DNA of 64,000 nucleotides from a virus (taxonomy: Duplodnaviria > Caudoviricetes). Made by a program: the position numbers and the translations under genes. The number at the start of each line of letters is the position of its first letter. Position 1 is the stretch's first letter. The stretch is from positions 96,001 through 160,000 of the IMG/VR virus record IMGVR_UViG_3300011242_000002. One strand, written 5' to 3'. This document shows, piece by piece, positions 7,914-17,776 of this stretch. The notes below the pieces were generated by a model. The model saw nothing but the letters and a program-made list of their open reading frames with translations, had not been told where the DNA came from and searched no databases.

Positions 7914-9233
7914 TTACGGGTAGAGCGACACGGTGTACGGCTTCGCAACCATCAGCAGTTTGATGCCGTCAACGGTCTTGGTCGCACACACCACGCCATC
8001 ACGCACCACGCGGTTAACCCCGGCCGGGAGCTCGGAGAAGGCTTCCATCGTTTCAGCCGCCAGGATGAGTTCCTGCAGGGCAAAGATGAACGCCTGGGTA
8101 CCCTTGGAGATGCTGTCAAACTCGGTGGCAGTCGATGGGATCAGCGCGTAGTCCGGGTACAGTGCCAGCAGCTTGAACTGCCCGCCACGGTTGGTCGGTT
8201 TAGCCACCGCGTTGAGTTTCAGTGACTTGGTCAGGCTTGGGAACACCTGCAGCGACGTTTGGATGTGTGCCGCGGCATACCACTTCATGACCTTCTTCGG
8301 CAGGTTCAATACGGTAGCGTAATCAACAACCGGACTGTGGATACCCGCCTGCACCGTTTTGTTAGGAATGCTATAGGAAATCCAATCCGGCGCAATCACA
8401 TATTCGATCGGGTTGAAGAGGTCTGGGATTACCAGTGCCCATTCATCCTCACCGAATGTGGAGTTCGCCAGGATGTCCTGTTTGATCGCCTCGTAGGCGG
8501 CATCATCGTTGCGTCCGTTCTTACCCCAACCTACCACCTGCCAGTATGCTTCCTGGAACAGCTTGGTGTTGGCTTTATCGTACACCTTGAAGGTGTAGGT
8601 CTGGATAAAGGTTTGCGGGTGGTCGCCGACCATCTGGTCGAGCGCCATGGACAGCATCCCTTTGGTAAAGGCGGCGATAGCATTTTGTTGGGTAACAAAA
8701 TCTTCGTGCAGCAGATCCAGGTCTTTCGTCGGTACACAGTGCAGCGGTTCCAGCTCAAAGCGGGGATACTGCATCTGGAAAGCTTCGTCGGTAAACCAGA
8801 TCTTAACGGTGTTGGCCCCTGCGGTGGATCCGGAGATGGTGCCGGAGATCCATTCAGGTGCCCAGTGCTGACCGTCGGTTACCATCGGACCAATGGCCAG
8901 ACTGCCCCAGGTGCTGCTAAAGGCGCTGGTGATCTGTTGCAGGGTGATCACCTTGTCGTTGGTAATGCGCCCGTCAATGATGCGCAGCATGATCCAGTAC
9001 TGCAGCTGCAGGATCGGGATCTTGTACACGTCGGTCAGGGCAAACGGACTACCGTTGTCGTTTTCGGTGGTGAAGGCCTGGAACACTGCGCCAGGCTGGC
9101 TATCACTCGAATAGGTTCCGATGCCTCGGGAAAACGTCATGGAGATTTGTGACAGCTCGCCAATGTCGTTGGTAATTGAGGGGCTGTTATTGATCAGGGC
9201 GTTGCATTGTGCAAACCCGAGTATCGTTTTCAT
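7914..9233 (-). CDS. Putative virion structural protein (phiKZ-like core)
   Basis: 439-aa ORF; synteny with the RNase H/UvsX block. Confidence 0.7.
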   Translation of the reverse strand: MKTILGFAQCNALINNSPSITNDIGELSQISMTFSRGIGTYSSDSQPGAVFQAFTTENDNGSPFALTDVYKIPILQLQYWIMLRIIDGRITNDKVITLQQITSAFSSTWGSLAIGPMVTDGQHWAPEWISGTISGSTAGANTVKIWFTDEAFQMQYPRFELEPLHCVPTKDLDLLHEDFVTQQNAIAAFTKGMLSMALDQMVGDHPQTFIQTYTFKVYDKANTKLFQEAYWQVVGWGKNGRNDDAAYEAIKQDILANSTFGEDEWALVIPDLFNPIEYVIAPDWISYSIPNKTVQAGIHSPVVDYATVLNLPKKVMKWYAAAHIQTSLQVFPSLTKSLKLNAVAKPTNRGGQFKLLALYPDYALIPSTATEFDSISKGTQAFIFALQELILAAETMEAFSELPAGVNRVVRDGVVCATKTVDGIKLLMVAKPYTVSLYP

Positions 9234-9308
9234 AGTTCACCCTTTAGAATTGGGAGTGGATAAAAGACATAACATTCAGCAGCGGTACGTGAATCGGGGG
9301 TTAACAGC

Positions 9309-9722
9309 ATGTTACTGTTACGTATCTTTATTATGTGCCTCCCCATTATTCGGAAACAATCGAATAACTTCATGTCCGACGGCGCCACGCGTTACAGCAC
9401 CACACGTAAAAGCAAGGGTCTTTATTATACCTTGGTTGCGTTTATATTTCTCTTGTCCGGGGTGGTTTATTACGGATACCGGGAATACGAAAGCCTGAAC
9501 ACACAAAATAAGCAGTTTGTGAGCGAACTGAGTACTCTCCGCGGCATGACGAGTATTTATCCGAACATGACTGATATGCTGAACCAGAACAAGCTTCTGC
9601 TACAGCAGAATAAAATCTTAGGCGACGAATTGTTGGAATTGCGTAAAGAAAATGCGCGTTTGAATGAAGACCTGCTGGGACAGTGCCGTAAAGCGACTAA
9701 GCCACCTCTGAGACGTAAGTAG
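9309..9722 (+). CDS. Membrane-anchored coiled-coil protein
   Basis: TM YYTLVAFIFLLSGVVYYGY followed by heptad-rich C-terminus. Confidence 0.7.
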   Translation: MLLLRIFIMCLPIIRKQSNNFMSDGATRYSTTRKSKGLYYTLVAFIFLLSGVVYYGYREYESLNTQNKQFVSELSTLRGMTSIYPNMTDMLNQNKLLLQQNKILGDELLELRKENARLNEDLLGQCRKATKPPLRRK

Positions 9723-9794
9723 GGGGTGGTTTGGTTTTTATTAACCTAAACGGTCTATGATAAGAGAGAATACGATTAATTTGAGGAGTCAGCG

Positions 9795-11309
9795 ATGGAA
9801 TCAACAACATTGCCGAAGATTTCCATGATCCTGTATACGGACGGTGGATATCGGCAAAATGTGGGCGGATGGGGGGTGCATGGCTATACGCACCTGGTTG
9901 ACGATACCGAAGACAAGAAAAAGAAGAAGAAGCCTGCGGTAGGCGTTCCCACCACGACTGGCTACATCATCAAAGACGATCCGAAAATGACCCAGCGCGA
10001 AGTCGTGAGGCCGCTGCAGGTTTTCGAATCGTTTGCCGGGCTCTTGCCGGAGACCACCAATAACATCGCTGAAATGACCGCGTCGTTAAACGGAATGGAG
10101 TTGGCGATTGGACAAGGCGCGGAGCGGCTCACCATCTTTACCGACAGTGAGTACGTGGTAAAGGGGGTAACGCAGTACCTGAACAAGTGGAAAGCCAACG
10201 GTTGGAAAAAGTCCACCGGTGACGAGATTGCTAACAAACCGCTGTGGCAGGCGATTGACAGCAAGTTAACCGAGCTTAAGGACAAGAACATCCACTACAC
10301 TTTCCAGTGGGTGAAAGGTCACGATGGGCATCGCGGTAACGTGATGGCGGACTACATGGCGACCCGTGGGGTGATGCTTGGCAAACAGGGTGATGCTGAA
10401 CCGCGTCACAACGTGCAGGACTTCAACGAGTACGAAAAGTACAAGGCTGAGCGCCACCGCTTTGTGTCGCACTCGCGCTGGTACTTTAACTTAAGCGACG
10501 ACTCGCTGCTGCGCACCAACCCGCACGGCTTTTATGAATACTGCTTTGGCCACCCGTCAAAAGAAGATACCGACCAGGTGTATCTGGGTAAAGCGCTGGC
10601 CGACACCGCGTTTAGCATCGTGTGGTTAAAGCAGCCGGAAGCCTGTTTGGATTTGGTGTACACCAGCGTGAAGAAGATTGCCACCAACGTGTACGGCAAC
10701 GCCTTCATTGGTCGTCTGGATAACATCTACAGCCCGTTTACCCACAAGGAGATCATGGACTACGGCGGGTCGCTGCTGTTCCGTGCCAACAAGAACGACA
10801 ACGACATCACCAACTGCACCGGCGCGTTGATCGTGCGTGAGTGTAACCCGCCGGCGATTTCTTACCGGGCGGTGAACAACCTGATCTTCCTCAACCAGTG
10901 CTTAACCGAGTTCCATACCGGTGAGCTGGACCGCCTGCGTCGGGTGGTTGAGGTGACCGACCTGATTTACGACAGCGAAACCACCAAGAAGGGCGAGGTG
11001 AAGATGTCGTTGAAAAAGGAGATCAAACAAAACACCAAAGCCATCAAGCTGCCGGTGAAGTGTGACGTGTTGGACAAGGACATCGTGGTTGACGTCACCT
11101 GCACCTTAGGTCTTGATATTCCTAACCGTAACACGTTAAGCGGGATCTGTGATGAGAATCCGAAGATTTACATCATGACCGTGAAGGAGTCTGACGTGGC
11201 TTTCCGCTACCTGACAATCATGTCGTGCGACGCGGGATACTGCATCATGGCGAACGTGTACGCTAACCTGCGTATCCTGTCCAAAGCGGAACTGGAGAAG
11301 TGCGCGTAA
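9795..11309 (+). CDS. rnhA: Ribonuclease HI with long C-terminal extension (phiKZ gp155-like)
   Basis: YTDG, TTNNIAEM, IFTDSEYV, NKPLWQ, WVKGHDGHRGNVMAD motifs. Confidence 0.93.
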   Translation: MESTTLPKISMILYTDGGYRQNVGGWGVHGYTHLVDDTEDKKKKKKPAVGVPTTTGYIIKDDPKMTQREVVRPLQVFESFAGLLPETTNNIAEMTASLNGMELAIGQGAERLTIFTDSEYVVKGVTQYLNKWKANGWKKSTGDEIANKPLWQAIDSKLTELKDKNIHYTFQWVKGHDGHRGNVMADYMATRGVMLGKQGDAEPRHNVQDFNEYEKYKAERHRFVSHSRWYFNLSDDSLLRTNPHGFYEYCFGHPSKEDTDQVYLGKALADTAFSIVWLKQPEACLDLVYTSVKKIATNVYGNAFIGRLDNIYSPFTHKEIMDYGGSLLFRANKNDNDITNCTGALIVRECNPPAISYRAVNNLIFLNQCLTEFHTGELDRLRRVVEVTDLIYDSETTKKGEVKMSLKKEIKQNTKAIKLPVKCDVLDKDIVVDVTCTLGLDIPNRNTLSGICDENPKIYIMTVKESDVAFRYLTIMSCDAGYCIMANVYANLRILSKAELEKCA

Positions 11310-11318
11310 GGAGGAGAT

Positions 11319-11669
11319 GTGAGTACAGCATCAACACTGCCCATGCGCGCCGACGTTGACATTGCGGCCCTGTTTGACACGGATCGGATACTGGATGCGC
11401 CCATACGCCGGCGCATCCTGCTGACCTACATCTGCCAGCAGCGTCAACCCGGCTCCAGCGCCGACGAACTGAATCGTCAGCACCACATCACCCGTAGCGC
11501 CAAAGACGTGGACCGCTGTTTGTTTTACGTGCAGATTATGGATGAGAAGCTGCGCGGGGCCTTTCGTGGGGTGAATTTCAATTCACCGCTGGACATCGTT
11601 GCCCAGATCCCGCACTGGATCAAGTACGGCTCAATTGTGGAAATGTACCACGACATTAAAATGCTGTAG
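11319..11669 (+). CDS. Hypothetical protein
   Basis: AGGAGGAG RBS, GTG start. Confidence 0.75.
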   Translation: MSTASTLPMRADVDIAALFDTDRILDAPIRRRILLTYICQQRQPGSSADELNRQHHITRSAKDVDRCLFYVQIMDEKLRGAFRGVNFNSPLDIVAQIPHWIKYGSIVEMYHDIKML

Positions 11670-11671
11670 CG

Positions 11672-11724
11672 GGCATAAGGGGCGCTTCTCTCCCACCCGG
11701 GAGAGAAGGCCTCTGTTTTATGCG
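11672..11724. repeat. GGCATAA-hairpin-TTATGC element between convergent genes
   Basis: ggcataaggggcgcttctctccc-accc-gggagagaaggcctctgttttatgcg. Confidence 0.75.
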
Positions 11725-12507
11725 TTATTTTTTGGTTAACAGCTTTTCTGCGGTGTTGTTCAACGCCGAACCGGTAGAGATCAGCAGTGTGGTCGCCACG
11801 CTGTAGACGTCCACGGTACGGGCCAACTGCAGCATCAGGTCGCCGAGCTGCTTCACCTGTTGAGCGCTCAGTACCACACTACCGTCAGTCATGGACGTAT
11901 GAATCACTTCGGCGATCTCGGCGATGCGTTCAACGTTGAGACGGGTCTCTTTAGGATTACGACGTACCAGCTTCTGCACCAGGATATTGAAGTCGGCGTA
12001 GGTGCCCTGATAGTCGGTCATTGACTCGAAGCGGGCAGAGAACGCAATGTCGGTGATCTCGCGTCCGTTAAAGGTTTTCTGCAGATCGAGCTCCAACTTG
12101 TCTTTACCGGCGGTCAACGGGGCAACGCTGTAAATAGATATGCCCGCGCCGTTGCTAATGTCCAGCAGGCTCTTCAGCACTGCCGGCAACGCCTGCTCGG
12201 TGGTAGCCAAGAAACGACAGCAGTGTTCAAGGGTTGGCAGCAGCTCACGGTACGGCTTGTTCAGACGCGCAGGTTGGAAAATCAGGGTGTCCATCACGTC
12301 GGTGTAGTTAAAGCTGTTCACCACCTTTTTCGCAGCCGACACGTCTGCCAGGATGATCGGCTTATCGAGCCCCAGCATCTTGCCGTGGAAATATTGCTTG
12401 ACGCCTTGGAACAGTTTGCTGATCGAGGTGACCGGGTTAAAGCCTTCGTTACCGATGCCCTCGTTGAGGTCCTTTACGGCGTTTTCAAAATCGCTAATGG
12501 TATACAT
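11725..12507 (-). CDS. Putative head/internal virion protein (phiKZ gp153-like position) with N-terminal G-N-E site
   Basis: Start reassigned to ATG 12507 (GGGAG RBS); EGIGNEG near N-terminus; divergent from uvsX. Confidence 0.7.
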   Translation of the reverse strand: MYTISDFENAVKDLNEGIGNEGFNPVTSISKLFQGVKQYFHGKMLGLDKPIILADVSAAKKVVNSFNYTDVMDTLIFQPARLNKPYRELLPTLEHCCRFLATTEQALPAVLKSLLDISNGAGISIYSVAPLTAGKDKLELDLQKTFNGREITDIAFSARFESMTDYQGTYADFNILVQKLVRRNPKETRLNVERIAEIAEVIHTSMTDGSVVLSAQQVKQLGDLMLQLARTVDVYSVATTLLISTGSALNNTAEKLLTKK

Positions 12508-12589
12508 GTTTGCTCCCGAGGGTTCAGTAGTTTTATTCAACATATTATCACTTATTATGAACGCATTTCATTTTATTAAGGATTAAACC

Positions 12590-13978
12590 ATGAGCTTATC
12601 TTTTGGTGACGTCATCGAGCAATCAAAGCCGATTCGTCCGATGCTGAACATTGGCGCGGGCTTTGATATCCCGACGGGTTCGTACCGTCTGGGTAAGCAT
12701 GGTGAATCGATTCTCAACGGCGGTCTTGCACCTTTCACCGCCATCGTGGGAAAAGGGAACACCTTTAAAACCGCCATCGCCATGTTTATGATGGGTCGCG
12801 TGCTGGAGCGCTACAGCAACGCCAACGGTCTACACTACGACACCGAGTGTACCTTTAGCCCGGACCGTATTCTCAGCCTGATGAGCCACCTCGACCCGGG
12901 TATCGCTCAAAGCTGGCTGGACAGCGGGCGCATCTACCTGACCGACGACTCAATTGCAAAAGGCAACGAGTGGTTCAAACAGACGGTACAGAACTACGGG
13001 GAGATGAAGAAGAAAGACAAGGGGTCGATCGGCCATCTGCCGTTTGTCGATTCCAAGGGCAACCCGATTCCGTACCACTATCCGACCGTGAACATCGCCG
13101 ACTCCATGTCCGAGATGAAGTTCAACGACCTGGAGAAGAACTACGCCAAGATGGAAATCGGTCAGGGTGAGATGCAGACCGAAGCCATGCGCGTGTCGAA
13201 CGCCAAGCGTATGCTGATTGAGAAGACCCAGGGTTACGCCAACGCCGGTGGTCTGTACGTGCTGATGACGGCACACCTCGGTAAAGACCTAAACATGGAT
13301 GGCAAGCCGCAAGAGAAGAAAATGACCTTCATGAAGCAGGGTGATAAAATCTCTAAAGTGCCGACCCAGATCATGTCCTTGCCGAACAACGCCTGGGAGA
13401 TTTCCACCGGGACCGTGCTGATTAACCGCGACACCAAGGAGTGGATGTATCCCAAACCGGGTGATGTGGAAACCGCCGGTAACCCGGATCTACTGACCCT
13501 GGTGGCGAAGAACCTGCGCGGGAAGAACGGCCCGTCTGGTGTGCCGTGGGAGTTTGTGATGTCACAGGCTGAAGGTCTGCTGCCGTCCTTGACCGAGTTC
13601 AACCACATCAAATCCTGTAACCGCTACGGCCTTGGTGGTAACGACCGTAATTATTATGTTGAACTGCTGCCGGACGTGAAGCTGATGCGCACCACGGTAC
13701 GCGGTAAGATCGACGACACGCCGGAACTGCGTCGTGCGTTGGAAATCACGATGGAGATGTGCCAGATGCGTTACCTGTGGCACACCCGCGATCCAAAGTA
13801 CAACATAACGCCGGAAGAGCTGCGTGTTGGGCTGGAGAAGAAAGGGTATAAGTGGGACGTCCTGCTGAACACCCGTGGCTTCTGGACGTTTGAGGAAGAC
13901 AACCATCCTCTGCCGTTCTTAAGCACCATGGACCTGCTTCGCATGTACCATGACGAGTACCGTCCGTATTGGATGTAA
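12590..13978 (+). CDS. uvsX: UvsX/RecA-like recombinase (phiKZ gp152-like)
   Basis: Walker A variant GKGNTFKT, YDTE catalytic motif, IADS Walker B; synteny. Confidence 0.88.
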   Translation: MSLSFGDVIEQSKPIRPMLNIGAGFDIPTGSYRLGKHGESILNGGLAPFTAIVGKGNTFKTAIAMFMMGRVLERYSNANGLHYDTECTFSPDRILSLMSHLDPGIAQSWLDSGRIYLTDDSIAKGNEWFKQTVQNYGEMKKKDKGSIGHLPFVDSKGNPIPYHYPTVNIADSMSEMKFNDLEKNYAKMEIGQGEMQTEAMRVSNAKRMLIEKTQGYANAGGLYVLMTAHLGKDLNMDGKPQEKKMTFMKQGDKISKVPTQIMSLPNNAWEISTGTVLINRDTKEWMYPKPGDVETAGNPDLLTLVAKNLRGKNGPSGVPWEFVMSQAEGLLPSLTEFNHIKSCNRYGLGGNDRNYYVELLPDVKLMRTTVRGKIDDTPELRRALEITMEMCQMRYLWHTRDPKYNITPEELRVGLEKKGYKWDVLLNTRGFWTFEEDNHPLPFLSTMDLLRMYHDEYRPYWM

Positions 13979-14069
13979 TGTTGTCCGTGCGCTAACCGGG
14001 GTGGTGAAAACCGCCCCACTTATTACGCCGGTTGGGAATAAACGCGTTCGTAGAGTTGGGAAAACTACT

Positions 14070-14486
14070 ATGTTAAAGAAAGAGGTACGGATAGTCGTTG
14101 CCGGCGACAAGGGGTTCCACAACAAGGATCGCCTGAGGTTGGCACTCGACAAGCTGATTGCGGATATCTTCGTAATCAACGACGGAGTGTCCGAGGAGGA
14201 CGAACTGCTGACGAAAGAGCACGTGGTGTTGATCACCAACGGCGAACTTAAAACGCTGGCGGTTGAGGTAAAAGAGTACGCGCTCGAAAACCAGATCGAT
14301 CTGCAGGAGATTCCTGTCGAGTGGGATCGGGGTAAGAAAGCGTTCTTTGATAACTGTGGCATTTTGGGGATGCGTGCTACCCACGCGCTGATCTTCACGA
14401 GCCACAACGATGAAGGCATGAAGACCTTGATCAAAGACTGTTTGGAGCACGGCAGTCGCGTTCGGGTGTTCACCACCGCTACTTAA
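14070..14486 (+). CDS. Degenerate YspA/DUF2493-like SLOG-family protein
   Basis: Start reassigned to ATG 14070; RIVVAGDKGF...LITNG...IPVEWD..GKKA...ATHALIF parallels the SLOG domain of the next gene. Confidence 0.7.
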   Translation: MLKKEVRIVVAGDKGFHNKDRLRLALDKLIADIFVINDGVSEEDELLTKEHVVLITNGELKTLAVEVKEYALENQIDLQEIPVEWDRGKKAFFDNCGILGMRATHALIFTSHNDEGMKTLIKDCLEHGSRVRVFTTAT

Positions 14487-14495
14487 GGATTCACC

Positions 14496-15773
14496 ATGAT
14501 CGTTTCGGAATCACACATCGGCATTCTGGATGTTAAAGTCAGCCACGTCATCTGCACCGTCAATACCGAAGGGCACATGGGTCGCGGTATCGCGCTTTAT
14601 CTCAAGAAGTGTATTCCCGGTCTCTACGACGCCTACCGTGTGCAGTGCAAACAAAAACAATTACTGGTCAACACGTTATGGGTTTACGAGAACAGCGAAC
14701 CGAAAATTCTTTGCTTCCCGACGAAAGACAAGACTTGGGAAGACAGCCGGTTGGAATGGATAGAAGCCAACCTGCACACGCTGCGTGATACTTATCGGGA
14801 ACGGGGTATCACGAGTGTTGCTATGCCACCGCTCGGCTGTGGCAACGGTAACCTTGAATGGGCGTCCGTGCGGGCGCTCATTTATGCCATTTTGGGGGAT
14901 TGTGATCTGCAGGTGCACCTCTGTTTAGGGCGCAAGCTCCCGGTGCCGGCAGAGGACAATCAGTCCCACATCAACATCTGGACGAAGAGCGCCAGCTGGC
15001 TAGGTCGCCAGCTCAGCAACCTGTCTAAGCTCGGCTTTCTGCACGAAGACCACGGGTGGTTTGAGTGTTTAGAAGGCTACTGGTATTGGCTGGCCACCGG
15101 CTGCAAGCATGACCAGTTTAAGCAAATGAGCGGCTTTGAAGCAAAAGGCGTGGGTTCCAAGATGGAGCGTATCGAGATGCCGGACTTCCAGGCACGCTTT
15201 AAAGAAGGCATGCGTCTGCGCTTAGAACAGCATCCCCAGCTGCGTCACGCCCTGCTGGAATCAACCCTGCCCTTTGAGCACTACTACGTGTACGGCAACG
15301 ATGTGGTACGCGACTTGAAGCAACGTCATCAATGGCAGCTGGACTTCTATGACGACTACCGGAAGACGGCACAACTGGATCATAACGTTATGAATATATT
15401 AATTGCAGGGGGTCGGGGGTTCAACAACTACGTGGTGTTTAAGCATGTGGTGACAGAACAACTCGCTCATTTTGAAACACCGTTCGATCGTGACTACGAC
15501 ATCAACATCGTTACCGGTTTAGCGCACAGCGGGCCGGATAACATGGCGATTCAGTACGCCCGTGAGACCGGCTGTCAGTTAACGGGTTGGCCAGCATTGT
15601 GGGACAAATACCAGAAGCGGGCGGGGATGATTCGCAACCACCACATGAGCAAGCAAGATCTGCATTACGCCATCATCTTCTGGGACGGGGAAAGCCACGG
15701 CACCAAGAACATGATTGAGCTCCTCGTCAAGAATGATATAGCTCATTTTGTCTATATCTATCCCAAGGAGTAA
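14496..15773 (+). CDS. Macro (DarG-like) + phage NADAR-like + YspA/DUF2493 SLOG triple-domain protein
   Basis: TVNTEGHMGRGIA, CFPTK, AMPPLGCGNGNLEW (macro); LGRQLSN..F.CLEGYWYWL..LLESTLPFEHYY (NADAR-like); ILIAGGRGF..TGLA.GPD..AGMIRN..FWDGESHGTKNMI (SLOG). Confidence 0.85.
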   Translation: MIVSESHIGILDVKVSHVICTVNTEGHMGRGIALYLKKCIPGLYDAYRVQCKQKQLLVNTLWVYENSEPKILCFPTKDKTWEDSRLEWIEANLHTLRDTYRERGITSVAMPPLGCGNGNLEWASVRALIYAILGDCDLQVHLCLGRKLPVPAEDNQSHINIWTKSASWLGRQLSNLSKLGFLHEDHGWFECLEGYWYWLATGCKHDQFKQMSGFEAKGVGSKMERIEMPDFQARFKEGMRLRLEQHPQLRHALLESTLPFEHYYVYGNDVVRDLKQRHQWQLDFYDDYRKTAQLDHNVMNILIAGGRGFNNYVVFKHVVTEQLAHFETPFDRDYDINIVTGLAHSGPDNMAIQYARETGCQLTGWPALWDKYQKRAGMIRNHHMSKQDLHYAIIFWDGESHGTKNMIELLVKNDIAHFVYIYPKE

Positions 15774-15778
15774 GCCGT

Positions 15779-16447
15779 ATGAACGCAGCACGTGAAGCCG
15801 TAGAATCCTACCTGTTAGGTGCAATGGCGCAGATCATGGACGGGAACAAGAACCCGGAGATCTACAAGGACTTCTTTGCCCGGCTAGACGACGACCAGTT
15901 TGAGGTACTGATGGTTCGCATGGAAAAGGACGGTGAATCCTTCCCGTTCTATCACCCGAACTTCACCGGCAAGAACATTGATCTGGAGCACCTGATTGGG
16001 CTGATTACCCAGGAAGGCGGGGCTTTCATGGAACAGATTCACATGGTCGACTTTGAAACCGGGCAGAAGTTCCTGACGCCGATCAAGTACCCGATTCTGC
16101 GTTTGCCGCTGCGTATTCAGCAGCAGAAGCTGCAAAAGAAAATGTCGGTGCCAAAGGACAACAAGCACGTCGACGACCTCACCGGGCAGCCGACTACCGA
16201 ATCCAAGGGCTCGGCGATCTCGTACCCGGAGATTCAAATTCTTTACGCCATGGGTCTGAACAAAACCATGCAGGAGCTGCTGAAGGTGCGTGGCGGTGAC
16301 GAGAAGGCCTATCGGGAATACAACAACGAAATCATTGCGACCGGGGGTGTTAACGTCGGCGTAATCGCCAGCCAGAAGACCAAGGTCAAATCCGGCAAGA
16401 CGGTGGGCGCCATCCTGACCGCAATGATGCTGAGCAACAACCTGTAG
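15779..16447 (+). CDS. Virion RNA polymerase small subunit (phiKZ gp149-like)
   Basis: RIQQQKLQKKMSVPKDNKHVDDLTGQPT...SKGSAISYPE...ELLKVRGGD resembles the RNAP beta C-terminal region. Confidence 0.82.
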   Translation: MNAAREAVESYLLGAMAQIMDGNKNPEIYKDFFARLDDDQFEVLMVRMEKDGESFPFYHPNFTGKNIDLEHLIGLITQEGGAFMEQIHMVDFETGQKFLTPIKYPILRLPLRIQQQKLQKKMSVPKDNKHVDDLTGQPTTESKGSAISYPEIQILYAMGLNKTMQELLKVRGGDEKAYREYNNEIIATGGVNVGVIASQKTKVKSGKTVGAILTAMMLSNNL

Positions 16448-16457
16448 TGAGGGAGTC

Positions 16458-17054
16458 ATGGCAAATAAACTAACCGGCTTTATCGACGCGCTGGCCAAGA
16501 TCGCCAAGCCCGGCGAGCTGCCGATTCTGGAAATGGATGCTGCCGCCCAAGAGGTTACCGAAGAGTTCCTGCGGGTGTGGCTGACCGCGCGTATTCGCCA
16601 CAACAAAGCCATGAACCGTCAGATCAAAGACGACAAGATCTACGGCGAGGTTGTGGGATACATGGTGGAACTTAACTCGGCGTTCTTCTTCCCACGCATG
16701 TGGACCGCGGCAGGGATTAAGGAGACCATCACCCGGCCGCTTGATGAGAACCAGGACCTGCTGGAGTTCGTCTACCGCGGCGGTGCGACCCTGTACGCCA
16801 AGATCTTTGGCAAGTCGACCGACGCCGCCAACCAGTCGTTCCAGGGGTTGACGAAACACCTGTGCGACAGCCTGTGTCTGATGTCAAGCAACAACGAGCA
16901 TAACCTGATCAACGAAGGTCACCGCTCGGTGTTCCCGACCTACACCGAAACCCTGGCGTTGTTTACCCACAACCCCTGGCTGGTGTTTATCTACTATTTG
17001 TGTCGGGTGGACATCTTTGAACTGGTTACTGCCGAAAAAGGAGCCGTGAAGTGA
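16458..17054 (+). CDS. Conserved hypothetical protein
   Basis: 198-aa ORF, GAGGGAG RBS. Confidence 0.75.
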   Translation: MANKLTGFIDALAKIAKPGELPILEMDAAAQEVTEEFLRVWLTARIRHNKAMNRQIKDDKIYGEVVGYMVELNSAFFFPRMWTAAGIKETITRPLDENQDLLEFVYRGGATLYAKIFGKSTDAANQSFQGLTKHLCDSLCLMSSNNEHNLINEGHRSVFPTYTETLALFTHNPWLVFIYYLCRVDIFELVTAEKGAVK

Positions 17055-17776
17055 GTGAGAACATTACCTGCCTGGTGTCGCTGGACGTCCTGATGGATAC
17101 CCGGCTGGCCACCATTCGGCGGATGAACGAAGAGCAGTCGCAGCTGATCCAGGCCAACTGGTACCACAAGCGCACCGTGGACCGCTTTGACCGCAAGGGG
17201 GCAAATGTCAACCAGGCGGCGTACGAAGCGTTGTATGCAGCCCGTGACGAGGACACGCTAAAGCTGGCGTTCATGACCCAGCTACCGAAGTATCTGATGA
17301 CGCTGATTGCCCGGCTGACCACCACCCAGGGGATGCCGCTGCTGTCCCAGCAGTTTAAGATCGACATAAACCTCTTCCCCTACCAGCTCGCTGAGCCGGT
17401 AAAGGAATCGATTCGTTCAGCGATTGAAACCTACACCAACGGCGCCGCCGAGATTAACCTGGTGGATTACGCCCCGGAAGAGCTTACGGTCCAGCTGATC
17501 AAAAACAGCTACGCCATCTGCTTTATGTATGACTTCAACGAATGGCTGATGCATCATACCGAAGAGTTCAAGCAAACCACGATGCCGGAAGTACGGATGG
17601 TGGTGCCCCGGCTGTACCTGAAGGATGCCCCCAGCGAACTGCTGAAAAAGGTGGATGCCGAAGAGTACGTTTGGGAACAGATGAGCCTGATGTTTGTCGG
17701 GCTGGTCGGGGTGGTGTTCATGGACGTGAACCTGTTCTCCATTGTCACCGATAACGAACCCGACCTCGACCCGTAG
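17051..17776 (+). CDS. Conserved hypothetical protein (HAD-like N-terminal strand, CLVSLDVLMDTR)
   Basis: GTGA overlap with upstream gene; AGGAG RBS. Confidence 0.7.
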   Translation: MSENITCLVSLDVLMDTRLATIRRMNEEQSQLIQANWYHKRTVDRFDRKGANVNQAAYEALYAARDEDTLKLAFMTQLPKYLMTLIARLTTTQGMPLLSQQFKIDINLFPYQLAEPVKESIRSAIETYTNGAAEINLVDYAPEELTVQLIKNSYAICFMYDFNEWLMHHTEEFKQTTMPEVRMVVPRLYLKDAPSELLKKVDAEEYVWEQMSLMFVGLVGVVFMDVNLFSIVTDNEPDLDP

